Shown piece by piece: positions 40,044-52,743 of a DNA stretch of 64,000 nt. The stretch's first letter is position 1; each line of letters opens with the position of its first letter. The stretch is from Leucoraja erinacea. Taxonomy: Eukaryota. The translations under genes and the position numbers were made by a program. Where the stretch lies: positions 49,042,001 through 49,106,000 of the forward strand of contig NC_073389.1 in NCBI RefSeq assembly GCF_028641065.1, given 5' to 3'. The notes beneath the pieces were generated by a model, which was not told the DNA's origin, made no database searches, and worked only from the letters and a program-made list of their open reading frames with translations.

Positions 40044-40480
40044 TTACCATTCCTGAACAGTTTTTTTGCTCACAAGCTCTCCATGTGGACCTTCCGCACC
40101 TTCTGGTAGAAGGGCCAAGTAGACCGGGGTCACGGCACCTTCTTCTGCCGTGCCCGGTGCATTAGGACCAGCCATGTCGGTTTTCACCCAACCGGGACAA
40201 CAGGCATTCAGCAGGATCTTGTCCGCCGCTCTCTCCTTACTCAGTTTTCGGGCATGGATCATGGAGAGGACTGTGACGCCGATCTTTGAGACCCCGTAGG
40301 CCGTGGAAGGCCACCCTTGTTTGGGGTGAACCTCGTTCTTGGCGTCATCGACAAACTTCCTCATCAGCACCACCAGCTCGTCCTCAGTGAGTGTAGGACT
40401 GCGGAATTTCTTTTGGAGTTCCAGGCTGCATTTGAGTAGTGCTGCCTTGCTCAAGGTGCTGGACACATTCACCACTCTCC
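40044..40480 (-). CDS. CBR1: Carbonyl reductase 1-like, copy C, coding exon 2 (437 nt)
   Basis: ttttgcag|GG acceptor; YGVSK; CCPGWVKTDMAG; AATAAA(-) at 39715-39720. Confidence 0.95.
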
Positions 40481-41654
40481 CTGCAAAAGTAAAAACAAAT
40501 CAAAACGTTAGGATCAAGAAACGCACACAGAAGTGCATGGGTCATAGAAACAAGGAACTGCTGATGAAAGAATGAATGAACGATACTTCATTGCCACATG
40601 TGACATGTCACCGTGATATTCTTTGTTTTGCTTACTCAAGGTATGCAAAGAGTCGCCACATAAAGGGCACCGATATAGTTACAATGTATCCCAGGCCAGG
40701 TCACCCTTTGTCAAGTTTCAACATATCTTCTTCCAAGCAATGCTAGCACAGCACATGATAGTCTCGGTATATTGTGCAACAACTATACAGCACTGCTTGA
40801 GAATAGGCAAGAGCAAAATCCAAAACTTAACGATCCTGTTAGTTTAAAATCAGTTGTAAATCACTACCGCTCTCTACCCCTTGACTCTGAAGAAGGGTCT
40901 CCACCCGAAACATGATACGCGACGTGTGGTCTCACCAACCTAATGTGCCCAACACCTTCGTCCCCCCTCGTTTACACGTGTTGCTACAATCAGAGATCGA
41001 TACACCTGCCCTCTTACATATTAATACTATAACATTCCCCAGTGCACTGCCAATTCCCGTGTATATCTGTTCAATCTCCCAAAATGTAGCACTTCGCATT
41101 TGTTACATTCCATCGGCCGCTCCTTTGGCCCACCTTCCAGCTTGAACTAGATCCGATTGTTATCTTCACTGTCCATGAAATGGCCAAGGAAACGAAAGAA
41201 GCCGTTAAAACCCGCTGAAATTGTCAATTTTTGCGCTGTAAATAATTATGGAAATCGGGATAAGCGTGAGAGACCTTTAGCCTACTTCAGAATTCCGAAA
41301 GTGAGGAGAAATGACGGTAGATAAAAACGAGAGCTGAAGGGGCAACAACAGCCAGAGTGCTTGGCGAACATCGGCCGTTTGCTCACTGCATTTCATCAAC
41401 AGTAAGGCATTTTTTGTGTTTTTTCTTGATTCCTTTGGCATCAAAAAAGTTTCAGAAGTGATAAATCTGGCTGTAATTTAAAAAAAAAACGAAAACGCAT
41501 CTGAAGAAAAATTTACAGCCAGATCTATCACTTCTGAGAATTTTTAGATACCGAAGGAATCAAGAAAAAGCACAAATAATGCCTTACTTGATGAAATGCA
41601 GTGAGCAAACGTGATAATTCCTAATTAAAAATCAGTGCCGCGCTCTCCACTCAC

Positions 41655-42045
41655 CGTGAGGTTTGATGATGGTGAGGAGTTCCGTGCACATATCCCTGGT
41701 CGCAAAGAAGTTGGTCGCCATGGTCACTTGAACTTGGGTGGCGAACGGGGTGGTGTCGGCATCTTTAAAGGCGATGCCGGCATTGTTGACGAGGACATCG
41801 ATGCCTTCGTATTTCTGCAGCATGAACGCCCGCAGTTTCCGGATACTCTCAAGGTCGTCGATGTCGAGCTGGTGGAAGAGCGGCTTCAGCTGCTCCTCTT
41901 GCAGCTTCTGCAGCGCCTGTTGCCCGCGGCCCGCGTTCCGGGCGGTGAGGAACACGTCGCCGTCGAAGTGCCGGCACAGAGACCGCACCACCTCCAGGCC
42001 GATGCCCTTGTTGGAGCCGCTCACCACCGCCACTCGCTTCGCCAT
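41655..42045 (-). CDS. CBR1: Carbonyl reductase 1-like, copy C, coding exon 1 (391 nt)
   Basis: Same SDR N-terminus, exon length and donor as copies A and B. Confidence 0.95.
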
Positions 42046-42563
42046 GTATAAGAAGGATCTGCAGTTGCTGGTTTAAACCGAAGATATACACAAAATGCTG
42101 GAGTACCTCAACGGGACAGGCTCGCTATAGGGTCTATGGGCAGTATCTCTGGAGAGAAGGAACGTCTCTGCTGCCAAAGATCCTATAGCGGAGTTTGTAT
42201 ATAGGATCGTTGGCCCCTGTCCGCTTCCGGGTTCCTGCCGCCCTGCGCTAATTGGCTGCAAACAACAGCCTTGGAACCAACGATACTAGAGGAGCCAAAA
42301 AAGTGGAGTAACTCAGTGGGACAGGCAGCATCTCTGGAGACAAGGAATGGGTGACATTTCGGGTCGAGACCCTTCTTCATCCCGCTGAGTTACTCCAGCT
42401 CTTTGTGTCTTATCTTGTTTTGGATAGGTCTTGTACGTAATTTTAATTCTGAACTAGACCAAGTGCAGACCCGTTGGGTCTGTTCCCCCAACGTGCGGTT
42501 GTTGGTGGGGGGGTGGGGGGAGTCGGCATGCAGCATCACACACTAACTACCCTCCCGGAGGGG

Positions 42564-42700
42564 NNNNNNNNNNNNNNNNNNNNNNNNNNNNNNNNNNNNN
42601 NNNNNNNNNNNNNNNNNNNNNNNNNNNNNNNNNNNNNNNNNNNNNNNNNNNNNNNNNNNNNNNNNNNNNNNNNNNNNNNNNNNNNNNNNNNNNNNNNNNN
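42564..42700. other. Assembly gap (137 N) followed by G-rich low-complexity sequence
   Basis: Run of N in the sequence. Confidence 1.
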
Positions 42701-42953
42701 GGATGAGGGGCGGGGGGGGAGAGAGGTGGGGAGCAGGGAGGGGGTAGGGTGTGTGGAGGGGAGGGGGGTTTAGGGGAGGGACGGTGGGGGGGGGGTTTAG
42801 GGGAGGGACGGTGGGTGGGGGAGGGGAGGGAGGGGGGGAGGAGGAGGGGAAGGGGGAGGAGGAGAGGAGGCGAGAGGAGGGAGGGGGGGAGAGGAGAGGG
42901 GGGGGGGAGAGGAGAGGGGGGGGGGAGGAGAGGGAGGGGGGGGAGAGGAGAGG

Positions 42954-43651
42954 GTCCAATGAAGGCTGGGCTCACAGAAAAATCCCAGATTAGAAGCACA
43001 AATATATATTTTTTTGCCAACTTTTTAATTTCCAAGATTAAATATTAATAATATTTAAAAAAAAACGTTTCTACAAACAAAAACTATGCAAAATGCTTAA
43101 TGTTATTTGTGGCTATGCATTCAATATTGCTAGTCAAGTCATCTTTATTTGTCACATACACATACAAGATGTACAGTGACATGAAAGTGGCAACGCCTGC
43201 GGGATTGTGCAAAACAACAGAACAGAACACCAGTATTTACATTAAAAAAAAAAACACAACCGTAATTACTTCCTGGGGAGATCACAGTTTATAGTCCTGA
43301 TGGCCTGTGAAAAGAAATGCCATCTCATCCTCTCTGTTTTCGCGGCGTGACAGCGGAGACGCTTGCCTGACTGTAGCAGCTGGGAACAGTCCGTTGCTGG
43401 GGTGGTAGGGGTCAAAAACATTTTTTTTTTAGTCAAAATACGTTTATTGTCATTGCACAATAACTGTACAACAAAATTCCATTGCATCTCCTTCGGTGTG
43501 TACATAGAAGACACAGGATAAAAGATTAAAAAAGAACAAAACACAACAGCCATTGACACGCATATACACAAGATCAGTAAAGATAATAATAAATAGGTAT
43601 TAAAAATATTTTAAAAGAATATTGCGCATTATCCTTCACCCCAAATTATAT
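42954..43651 (+). repeat. ~700-bp direct duplication of 44299-44994
   Basis: Both run gtccaatgaaggctggg...ccccaaattatat, with scattered substitutions and indels. Confidence 0.9.
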
Positions 43652-45364
43652 TGGGAGGGGGGGGGGAGGGGAGGAGAGGAGAGGAGAGGAGAGGAGAGAG
43701 GAGGGGGGGGGGGGGGGGGGGGGGGGAGGGGAGAGGAGAGGGGAGGGGGGGGGGAGGGGAGAGGGGGGGGGGGGGAGAGAGATTGCCTTTTTAGCTCAAC
43801 CCAAACAACCATTTGCAGGCAGTACTTTTTTACCTCTAACCATATTTTCATTTTCAAACGAAATTAAGGGTACTCACAATGCTGTAGACATTTGTCAGTG
43901 TCATTCAAAGCTCTGATGGAGGCAGAGGGGGGCTCTGAGCGAGGTGGCCAAAAATGACGGCCGTAGGTGGCGGCGTACTCTTGGAAACCGCAGCATAGAA
44001 AGCCAAAACCGGTCAAGAACAGAGTTTTAGTAATATAGAAGATAAGATTTATTAAATCAGTTTTCTTTGATAATTTCCTGTAATATAAGTTTTGCTAGAT
44101 TATCTTTATTCCCACTAAAGGGAACCACAAACCAAATCAGGTTTCCCTGATTAAACTAGGATTTCTGAATGGATGTGTGTGTGTTGTCTATGTCACTTGT
44201 TTGGTTTTGAAACCACTTTGATTTTTGTGGCCTTATCCCAACCACAATCTAGAGTCAAAGTAACAAAGTATTTCGAAATACCAGAGTTAATGAGCCGTGT
44301 CCAATGAAGGCTGGGCTCACAGAAAAATCCCAGATTAGAAGCACAAATACATATTGTTTTGCCAACTTTTTAATTTCCAAGATTAAAGTCTATTAATAAT
44401 ATTTAAAAAATACCGTTTCTACAAACAAAAACTATGCAAAATGCTTAATAAGTTCTTTGTGGCTATGCATTCAATATTGCTAGTCAAGTCATCTTTATTT
44501 GTCACATACACATACAAGATGTACAGTGACATGAAAGTGGCAACGCCTGCGGGATTGTGCAAAACAACAGAACAGAACACCAGTATTTACATTAAAAAAA
44601 AACACAACCGTAATTACTTCCTGGTGAGATCACAGTTTATAGTCCTGATGGCCTGTGAAAAGAAATGCCATCTCATCCTCTCTGTTTTCGCATCGTGACA
44701 GCGGAGACGCTTGCCTGACTGTAGCAGCTGGGAACAGTCCGTTGCTGGGGTGGTAGGGGTCAAAGTTTTTTTAAATCAAAATACGGTTATTATCATTGCA
44801 CAATAACTGTACAACGAAATTCCATTGCATCTCCTTTGGTGTGTACATAGAAGACACAGGATAAAAGATTAAAAAAGAACAAAACACAACAGCCATTGAC
44901 TCACATATACACAAGATCAGTAAAGAAAATAATAAATAGGTATTAAAAATATTTTTAAAGAATATTGCGCATTATCCTTCACCCCAAATTATATCGCGCT
45001 CCCCCTCCAGTGTTCTCTGTTAGAGTTAAGTTATTTTATTGCACATGGGTAGAAACTATTTTTTAGTCTACCGGTGCGAGCCTTTCATTATGCTTTTCAT
45101 AATATCTTTCATTATCTTGCTGGTTCTGGATCTGCACCTCCAGTTGTATTGGTCCTGCAGGGGGGTGAGTGTAGTTCCTATGGGTGCGTTCGGCCGAACG
45201 CACTACTCTTTGCAGCACCTTCCTGTCCTGGGCAGAGCTGTTTCAAAACCAGATCGAGATGTTGCTGGTCAGGATACTTTCTACAGCACCAGAGTAGAAG
45301 GAATGAAGGATTCTCAGAGTGACTCTGAATTTCCTCAGCTGCCTGAGTTGGTAAAGGCTCTGCT

Positions 45365-46087
45365 TGTATTTAGGTATACGCAATGCCCCAAAGGCGGAAC
45401 TGGCATCTTCCTCGGCCGAGCTGGTGTATGGCGCCCCGCTTGCGGTCCCAGGGGACTTCATCCCGGTGGCGGGTGGACATCAAGAACCACCCACGACCAT
45501 GCTGACGCACCTCTGTGAGAAGGTGGGCACGCTATCTTCAGTCCCAACGTCCCGACAAGGTCTCACAACCACGTACGTCCCACCCGACCTCCAGGACTGA
45601 CAGTACGTCTTGCTTCGCCTGGATTCCCACCGTACAAAACTGCAAAAGTCTTACGAGGGACACTGCAAAATGACGCCATGTCTTACATCATCGACATGGG
45701 CGGCAGACACGAGAATGTCTCCGTGGACCGTCTTAAGCCAGCGCACTTAGACATTGACCAACCAGCGCAATGGGCACATCCCCGCCGCAGAGGGCATCCA
45801 CCGTCACGACCAAACCCGCCCTCAACTCAAGCAGCTGCAACCCCAAACACAGGAGACACGTACACAAGATCAGGCCGCCTCACTCGACAGCCTAACCTGC
45901 CTCCAATAGTCCGGTTCTGGGGGTGGGAGGGTCATGTGGCGGGACGAGCCACTTTGGTCTCTAACCGTTGAGTTCAAGCAACCATGTGGACCTGGCATGA
46001 TCTGGGCCGACCAATCAATGCCCACCTGGGTGAACAGCTGGTCGGGTGCAGGATGTTGGAGCTAGTCTTCACTTCACAGTCAACACG

Positions 46088-46130
<43 letters not shown>

Positions 46131-46205
46131 TGCCCTTTTGTACTAATTGTTGAGCTGTATCATTTAAATATTAAACTGAGTGTTTGTACAACACCTCTTC
46201 ACGCA
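45365..46205 (+). mobile_element. Gypsy relic: integrase C-terminus, PPT and probable 3' LTR from 45935
   Basis: LGIRNAPK..SSAELVYG..VPGDF; VSVDRLKPAH; purine tract gggggtgggaggg then TGTGG. Confidence 0.75.
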
Positions 46206-48542
46206 TATATTAACATTGTGCTTTGCAAACAGTCTGTATATTTAATCCCAAATTAAACAGTTAACTCAGGACTCATGAAGAAAGATTAGGCATTACAGGC
46301 CTGTACTCAAGCAAGCAAGGCAAGGCAAGGCAAGTTTATTTGTATAGCACCTTTCAATGACAAGGTAATTCAAAGTGCTTTACATAAAACATTAAAAGCA
46401 TTGGAAAGAAACACATATAAAATAACATTTAGATGTAAAACGATTATTAGATTATTCAAATAAAATTTTAATTACAAAATTAAAAGCAATCAAATAAAAT
46501 ATTTAAAATAGAATAAAACCAGGAATAGAAGTTACAGTGCAGTATAGGTAATTAATAAATTGTATTGTTTACTGAAAGGCGGTGGCAAACAGAAAAGTCT
46601 TCAGTCTAGATTTAAAAGAGCTGAGAGTTGCAGCAGACCTGCAGTTTTCTGGGAGTTTGTTCCAGATATGTGGTGCATAAAAACTAAATGCTGCCTCTCC
46701 ATGTTTAGTTCTGACTAGAGCCTAGAAGTTACGTATGTATGCATTATGTATGTTTATGTATGTATTGTTAGGTCTGATTACCATTGTATGTATCAAATTA
46801 GTACCTGTACTGTTGTGAAGTGCTTTGGTCAACGTGAGTTGTTTTTAAATGTGCTATACAAATAAATGTATTATATTAATATTATTATTACGAGAGATGA
46901 TCTCATTGAAATATAAGATTGGAGGTATGACAGATGATGTGTTTCATGGTTGGGAATTCTGAAATGGGGATACAAATCCTGGATAAAGGGATGAACAACT
47001 TGAGATTAAGACGGGGAGGAAATTGCAAAAGGAAACCCAGGTTGGCGAATCAGTTGGAGGTCTTTGATAATGTGGCAGGTAGAAAGGGGAACAAGGGGAT
47101 GGGATGCATTTGGATTTTCAGAAGGCTTTTGATAAAGTGGGACAAGATCCTGACTTTGGGTGGTCTCCATGAGGAGTTTGGACGCTATCCCCATAACCAC
47201 GTGGGTTTTCTCCGGTTGCTCCAGTTTCTTCCCACAATCCAAAGACATGCAGGTTTGGGGGTTAAGTGTCCCTAATGTGCAGGATAGGAATAGTATACGT
47301 GTGATACTCGGTTGATGCAGACTCGTTGGGCCAAAGGGTCTGTTTCCATGTTGTATCTCTAAACTAAACAAAAAAAATCCCCCACAAAAAAAATCAGCAT
47401 GGGATTGGCTCAAAGTGCTGGAGTAACTCAGTGGGTCTGGCAGCATCTCTGGGGAAAAGGGATGTGTGGCATTTCGGGTCAAAATCCTTCTTCAGAGTGA
47501 TGTCATGAGAGATTATCTTACCATCACCCATTCCTTTTCTCCAGAGATGCTGCCTGACCCGCTGAGTTACTCCAGCACTTTGTGTCTATCTTCGGTATAA
47601 GCCAGCACCTTCAGTTCCTTCCTATAGAAGATCAGCATGGGTATTTTTAAAACAGGGATTGATAGGTTATTGATTAATGTGATGGCAAAGTTCCGACTTT
47701 TCCAGTGAACTTTTTTCCAGTTGCCATCACTACACAGGTAGTTGTACAAACAAAGAGATGAACGTACCAGGCTTTCCTTATTCTGCATGCAAGTTCAGAA
47801 GCGCAATCTACGACCGCTGTACAATCTACACCAACCTGAAGCCGCGATCTCCGGTGGGGAAGAGCCGATTCTCGACTTACCTGGACTTTTTACCTTGTCC
47901 TTTTACCATCTGGACGCCCGCAGCGACGACTGCGGAGGGTTGAGGTCCCGACCACGGGGGAAAATGGAGGAGGACTGGCCAAATTGTGTGCCTTCCACCA
48001 CAGTGATGAATGCTGTGGTGGATGTTTGTGTTATATTTTTAGTGTGTGTTCTTTATCATTGTACCGCTGCTGGCAAATTCATTTCACTTGTACTTTACGT
48101 GCAATGTGACGAATAAAACCGTATTGTTGTATTTGTAGCTGGCTACTCGGTCCCTGGTCTGGTGGGAACTGTATGCCTCCCTGTGCCTGCCACTTCCTTC
48201 CACTATGCCCTTATATATATATATACACCACCCTGTGCATCTAATGACCGGCCCCAAGTGTCCAAAATAATACTGCAAGATATATCTAGACAAAATAATA
48301 TAACATGCCAACAGTAGCTAGCCTAAACATAAATGGCTCCTACAATTGGGAAGGGTGAAGCAGGCAGGTCACAAGTGTTAGGAGCAGAAATAGGCCATTC
48401 GCCCCATTAAGTCTACTCCACCATTCAATCATGGCTGATCTATCTCTTCCTCCTAACTCCCGTCTTCTCCCCATAACCCCTGACACCCGTGCTAATCAGG
48501 CCAGGGGGAACATGTATTGCCTGTTTGTTGCCACGGGTTTAT

Positions 48543-49185
48543 TTCAAGAGTATCAAGAGTATCAAGAGTATATTTAATTGTCATTTGGACCCCTGGAGGT
48601 CCAAATGAAATGCCGTTTCTGCAGCATTGATTTCTACACACAAATAGACCCCAGACATCCCCTAATTACATTTTCCCCATAAACATCCATCACATAGCTG
48701 TGATGGAAGGCCAAATAACCTTATCTCTCCACTGCCCCCTCCCCTCCCCGATGTCAGAGTCAAAGTCAAAGCCCCCGGCTGGCGATGGCGATTGTCCCGC
48801 AGCCATTAAAGCCATGCCGGGTGGTGCGAGGTCGCACACCGGGTCTTGATGTTGGAGCCCCCAGTGTGCGCTCGCAAAGTCCCGCATTCCAAGCCGCGCG
48901 GGGCAGTGGTGCTAAGCCCCGCTCCAGGAGCTCTTCGACCCCGCAACTCGGGCGGGAGAAGTCGCCGTTGCAGGAGCCCCGAAAAGCGGTCTCCCTCCAG
49001 GGAGCCGCGGGCTCCCCCGGTGCCGCCGTCCGCAGACCCGCAGCAGCAGCCTCCCCTCAGCAGCAGCAGCAGCAGCGGCAGCGGCAACCCCCCCCCACCG
49101 CTCCAGTAACCCTCTCGGCCAGCTCCGCGACGGTGAGGTGAGTCGGCACCTCGAGTCCCCGGCTTCTTCCTGTTGGAGGCTGCTC
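48543..49185 (-). mobile_element. GC-rich non-coding retroposon with (tactcttga)n tail
   Basis: Same 3' architecture as 54015-54815 and 47850-48135 (+). Confidence 0.55.
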
Positions 49186-50700
49186 ACCCGTTGAGTTACT
49201 CCAGCAATGTCTACCTTGATTTTTCCAGCATCTGCAGTTTCTTTCTTAAACCAGGGATTGCAGCATTCAAAAGTCTGCCTTGTGCGCAAACCCCATCTGC
49301 AGTTCCTCTCTACACATCAGCACCATGATGAGCATAATAACAAAGAGTCATAAAAAGAAGGGTCTCGATATAAAAAACGTATCCCAGGCTGCCTTCTCTG
49401 CTGACAGAGAGTTGCCTGTCCCGCTGTTTAACTCCATTCTATAATGCAGAAAGGGACCTGTTCACTTGGGGAGCTTACAACCCAGCGGTTTGAACATTGC
49501 GCTCTCTGCCGGCTACAAGTAACACTGCACCCCTCTCTCTCTGTCCTGGAGGTTGCCACGTCGTTATTACAGGCCGGAGCCGTTTGTTGAAAGTTGTCTG
49601 GACTTCAATTCACTTACACAGACTGGTTCCTTTGATGAAAGTTAAGAAGGTTTGATTCAGGGTTTCTGCCCGAAACGTCGCCTATTTCCTTCGCTATCCA
49701 TAGATCCCTGCTGCCCCCCCCCCCCCCCTCCAGCATTTCTGAAGAAACCTACACCTACTTTGCTTCTCAAAAGTTGAAGAGGGGTTTCGGGTCAAATGCC
49801 TAGCCATTCACTCCAGTTGCTGCTGCACCCATACAGGCTTCGAATATATATTTATATTTTTTATCGTTTTGCATTTCTTCCCCTTCTCCCCGTTGAAACA
49901 ATACCTGCCCCCCCACACACCCCCACCCACTGAGTAACCCTGAGTCTGAAAGGGTCTCGACCCGAAGCATCGCCTATTCCTTTCTCCAAGGTGCTGCCTG
50001 CTGAGTTACTCCTGCATTTATGTCTACCAGCGATTTTTCCAGCATCTGAAAGGTCGGGCTCAAACCAGGAGTTATTGCAGCATTTTATGCTGTCGGTGCG
50101 CAAACCAGCACTGCAGTTCCTCTCAGGTAAAGCACCATGATGGGCATAAGGATTGATAGCCTGAAGAAGGGTCTCTTCCCCCCCCCGGGGATCACTGGCC
50201 CTCTCTCCAGATTGCTGCCTGTTGCACTGAACAACTCAAAGTCTATAATAGCAGAGAGGATCTGTTCACTGTGGAGACACCTCACCTTTAACTTGGGCTG
50301 CGCTCACGCCGGCAGGAGCGACATGCATGGAAACGTCTCGGTCTTCAGGTGCGCCGTGCCCTACCTCTCTCTAGCATTTGTGAAAGTTGCTGGATCAATT
50401 CCCACACAGACTTTCTGAAGAAAGAAGAGATGCTGCCTGCCCCGCTGAGTTACGGCCCAGCTTTTCGCTATTTCCTTCGCAGTAAACCTGCTGCTGCCGT
50501 GAGTTTTCCTGCACATACTAGTTCCGTTGTAGTCCTGGTGAGTTCCATTGGCTGGAGAACACATTTTCGCCTAGCCCACAGCCACAATGGACTGTTTCCT
50601 TGTTCACCATTACCTCTTTGTATATCTTTCATTTCTTTGTTCTTTGTCTCACAAAATCAACGTCTATATCTCTCGCTTCCCTTTCCCCGAGACCCTCGGT

Positions 50701-50730
50701 CTGAAGAAGGGTCTCGACCCGAAACGTTGC
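50701..50730 (+). ncRNA. Minimal hammerhead ribozyme motif (representative of many copies)
   Basis: CTGAAGA-A-GGGT(CTCG)ACCC-GAAACGTT: CUGANGA core, stem II, GAAA and palindromic ACGT; similar at 2922, 29277, 30392, 34545, 60019 (+) and 30332-30359 (-). Confidence 0.65.
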
Positions 50731-52647
50731 CTATTTCCTTCGCTCCATAGATGCTGCCTCACCAGAGTTTTGTCCAGCATTTTTGTCCACCTTCGATGTT
50801 CCAGCATCTGCATCTCCAAAGACAATAGCAACGCAGGTAAAGCCCTGCTCTGGACGGATTGATAGCCTTCACCACCAGAGAGCTTCCTCATGGCTGGCTT
50901 CACTGGCCCTGAGATTGCTGCACCATTGCACTAACACCCAAATGTCCTATCCTATAGCTATAGGATCTTTACACAGCAGAACACATTTCGCTTTGAGTAA
51001 CGCAGCAGGTCAGGTTGACTTCTCGGGTCTTCATGGACCAGGTGCCCGTTTCGGAGCGATCCCCTCCCCTTTTCTCCCATTGGACATTCCTTCAGTCCAG
51101 AAGATGCTGGAAGCCCCTGAGATGCAGCACAAAGCTTTTTGCGTCACCTTTTACTTGTCAGCATTGGATACTTTGCCATACTATTCCTCTGTAGTCCTGA
51201 GAGGGCTTGATGGAGAACACATTAAGATAGCCCACAGCCAACAATGGGATATTCCTTGAAGGCACCAAAGGGGTTCTGGTATATACTTCATTTCTTTCCT
51301 TCTTTGGCCCACAAAATCCGTCGGCTCTCTGGAGCGCTTCAAGCCCGGCGGCTTCTGAAGAGGCTCCCGACCCCCCCCCCCCCCCCTTCGCTCCATAGAT
51401 GGGCCCACCAGAGTCCTTCATCTGGCATCTTTGTTCCACCTTCGATGCACAGCCATAATCATTGTGAAGTAGAGTCCTGACCCAGGACATCACCCATCCA
51501 CGTTCTCCAGAGATGCTGCCTGACTGCTGTGTCCTTTCATGTATCTGCAGTCCAGTGTTTCTACTACGTAAAGATACTGAAGAACGTCACCCAGGCCCAC
51601 TTGCATCGTATTCAGCCCACATCCTAAATATTCCCTCCCTTCACCCTTGTGGCACAGTGACCATGGTGACCATCCATAAAATACACAGCTCATAGTCACC
51701 AGGGTCACTCCACAGTTAACCACCAAGGAGACGGGCAATATGGGCATGGAGACACCACTGTCCCCAGATTTCCTTCAAATCATACACCATTTCGCTGTTC
51801 CCTCGTTGCTGCCGGCTCGATGGTCTGTAGTTCCCAAGGTAACATCTCTACTTGACTGCAGCAATTCAAGAGAATGATTACTATCACTTTGGCAACTAGG
51901 GATGGCCAATACATGTCGTTCTTTAAGGTGTATAGTTACGAGGTGTATAGTTAAACAGCACTGAAATAGGCCCTTTGGCCCCACTTGTCCATGCCGACCA
52001 TAACTCCTGATCACCACCCCACAACCAACAATGGACCATTGTGGGCTCCATCTTTCCTTGATCATCGTCGCTCTTTGCATATCTTTCATTCATTCGTTCT
52101 ATGTGCCTTCGATATCCCTCGTTTCTCTTTTCCCCCGAATCTCAGTCTGAAGAAGCATATCGACCCCAAATGTCACCTATTCCTTCTCTCCAGAGACGCT
52201 GCCTGACCCTGCTGAGCTACTCCAGCTTTTTGTGCGTGTCCTCTTGCCCCATTTTCATAGTCCCACTAGTCCGAGTTTGGCCAATATCCCTCTGATCCTT
52301 TCCTACACATGTCCCTACCCAAAAGTAGTTGTAAAAAGTTTGCTCAAACCCCTTTCACTCAAGGAGGGAAATTGAAATGATGTCAGTGTTTTTTAGTTCA
52401 TGACTTTGAAATTTTCAAAGCAGCCACATTCCAGCCTGCCCGAACATTGCAATCTAATAGCTGATCTGTGCTGCCTAATCCCAGAGTGAGTTACTGCCAA
52501 CAAGAGATAATCTTCAATGCTTGGCATGGAATGTGCATTTGTCTTTGATGTTAACCTCAACTAGATTGTTTAGCTGGGCCAGAAGATAAAATTTATAGAC
52601 TAATAAATTCACAACAAATGTAATGAAATGTGTCAACTTTTTTACAG

Positions 52648-52743
52648 TCAACATCAGTCAAGAGTCTGTGTATGTGCAACTGAGAAAATGGTTGAAAGGA
52701 AAAGACTTCACCGACTTCCACTTGGTGCCAGCAAGTTTCCCAG
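52648..52743 (+). CDS. SETD4: SET domain-containing protein 4, internal exon (96 nt)
   Basis: tttacag|...|gttggt; VNISQESVYVQLRKWLKGKDFTDFHLVPASFP resembles human SETD4 VNESHKSEFIELRKWLKARKFQDSNLAPACFP (recalled). Confidence 0.88.

Larger units (their letters stand above)
42454..44042 (-). mobile_element. Non-autonomous Helitron
   Basis: Minus strand begins A|TCTTCTATATTACTAAAA and ends CTAG|T; hairpin CAGACCC-AAC-GGGTCTG 8 nt before the CTAG; spans the N gap. Confidence 0.75.
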
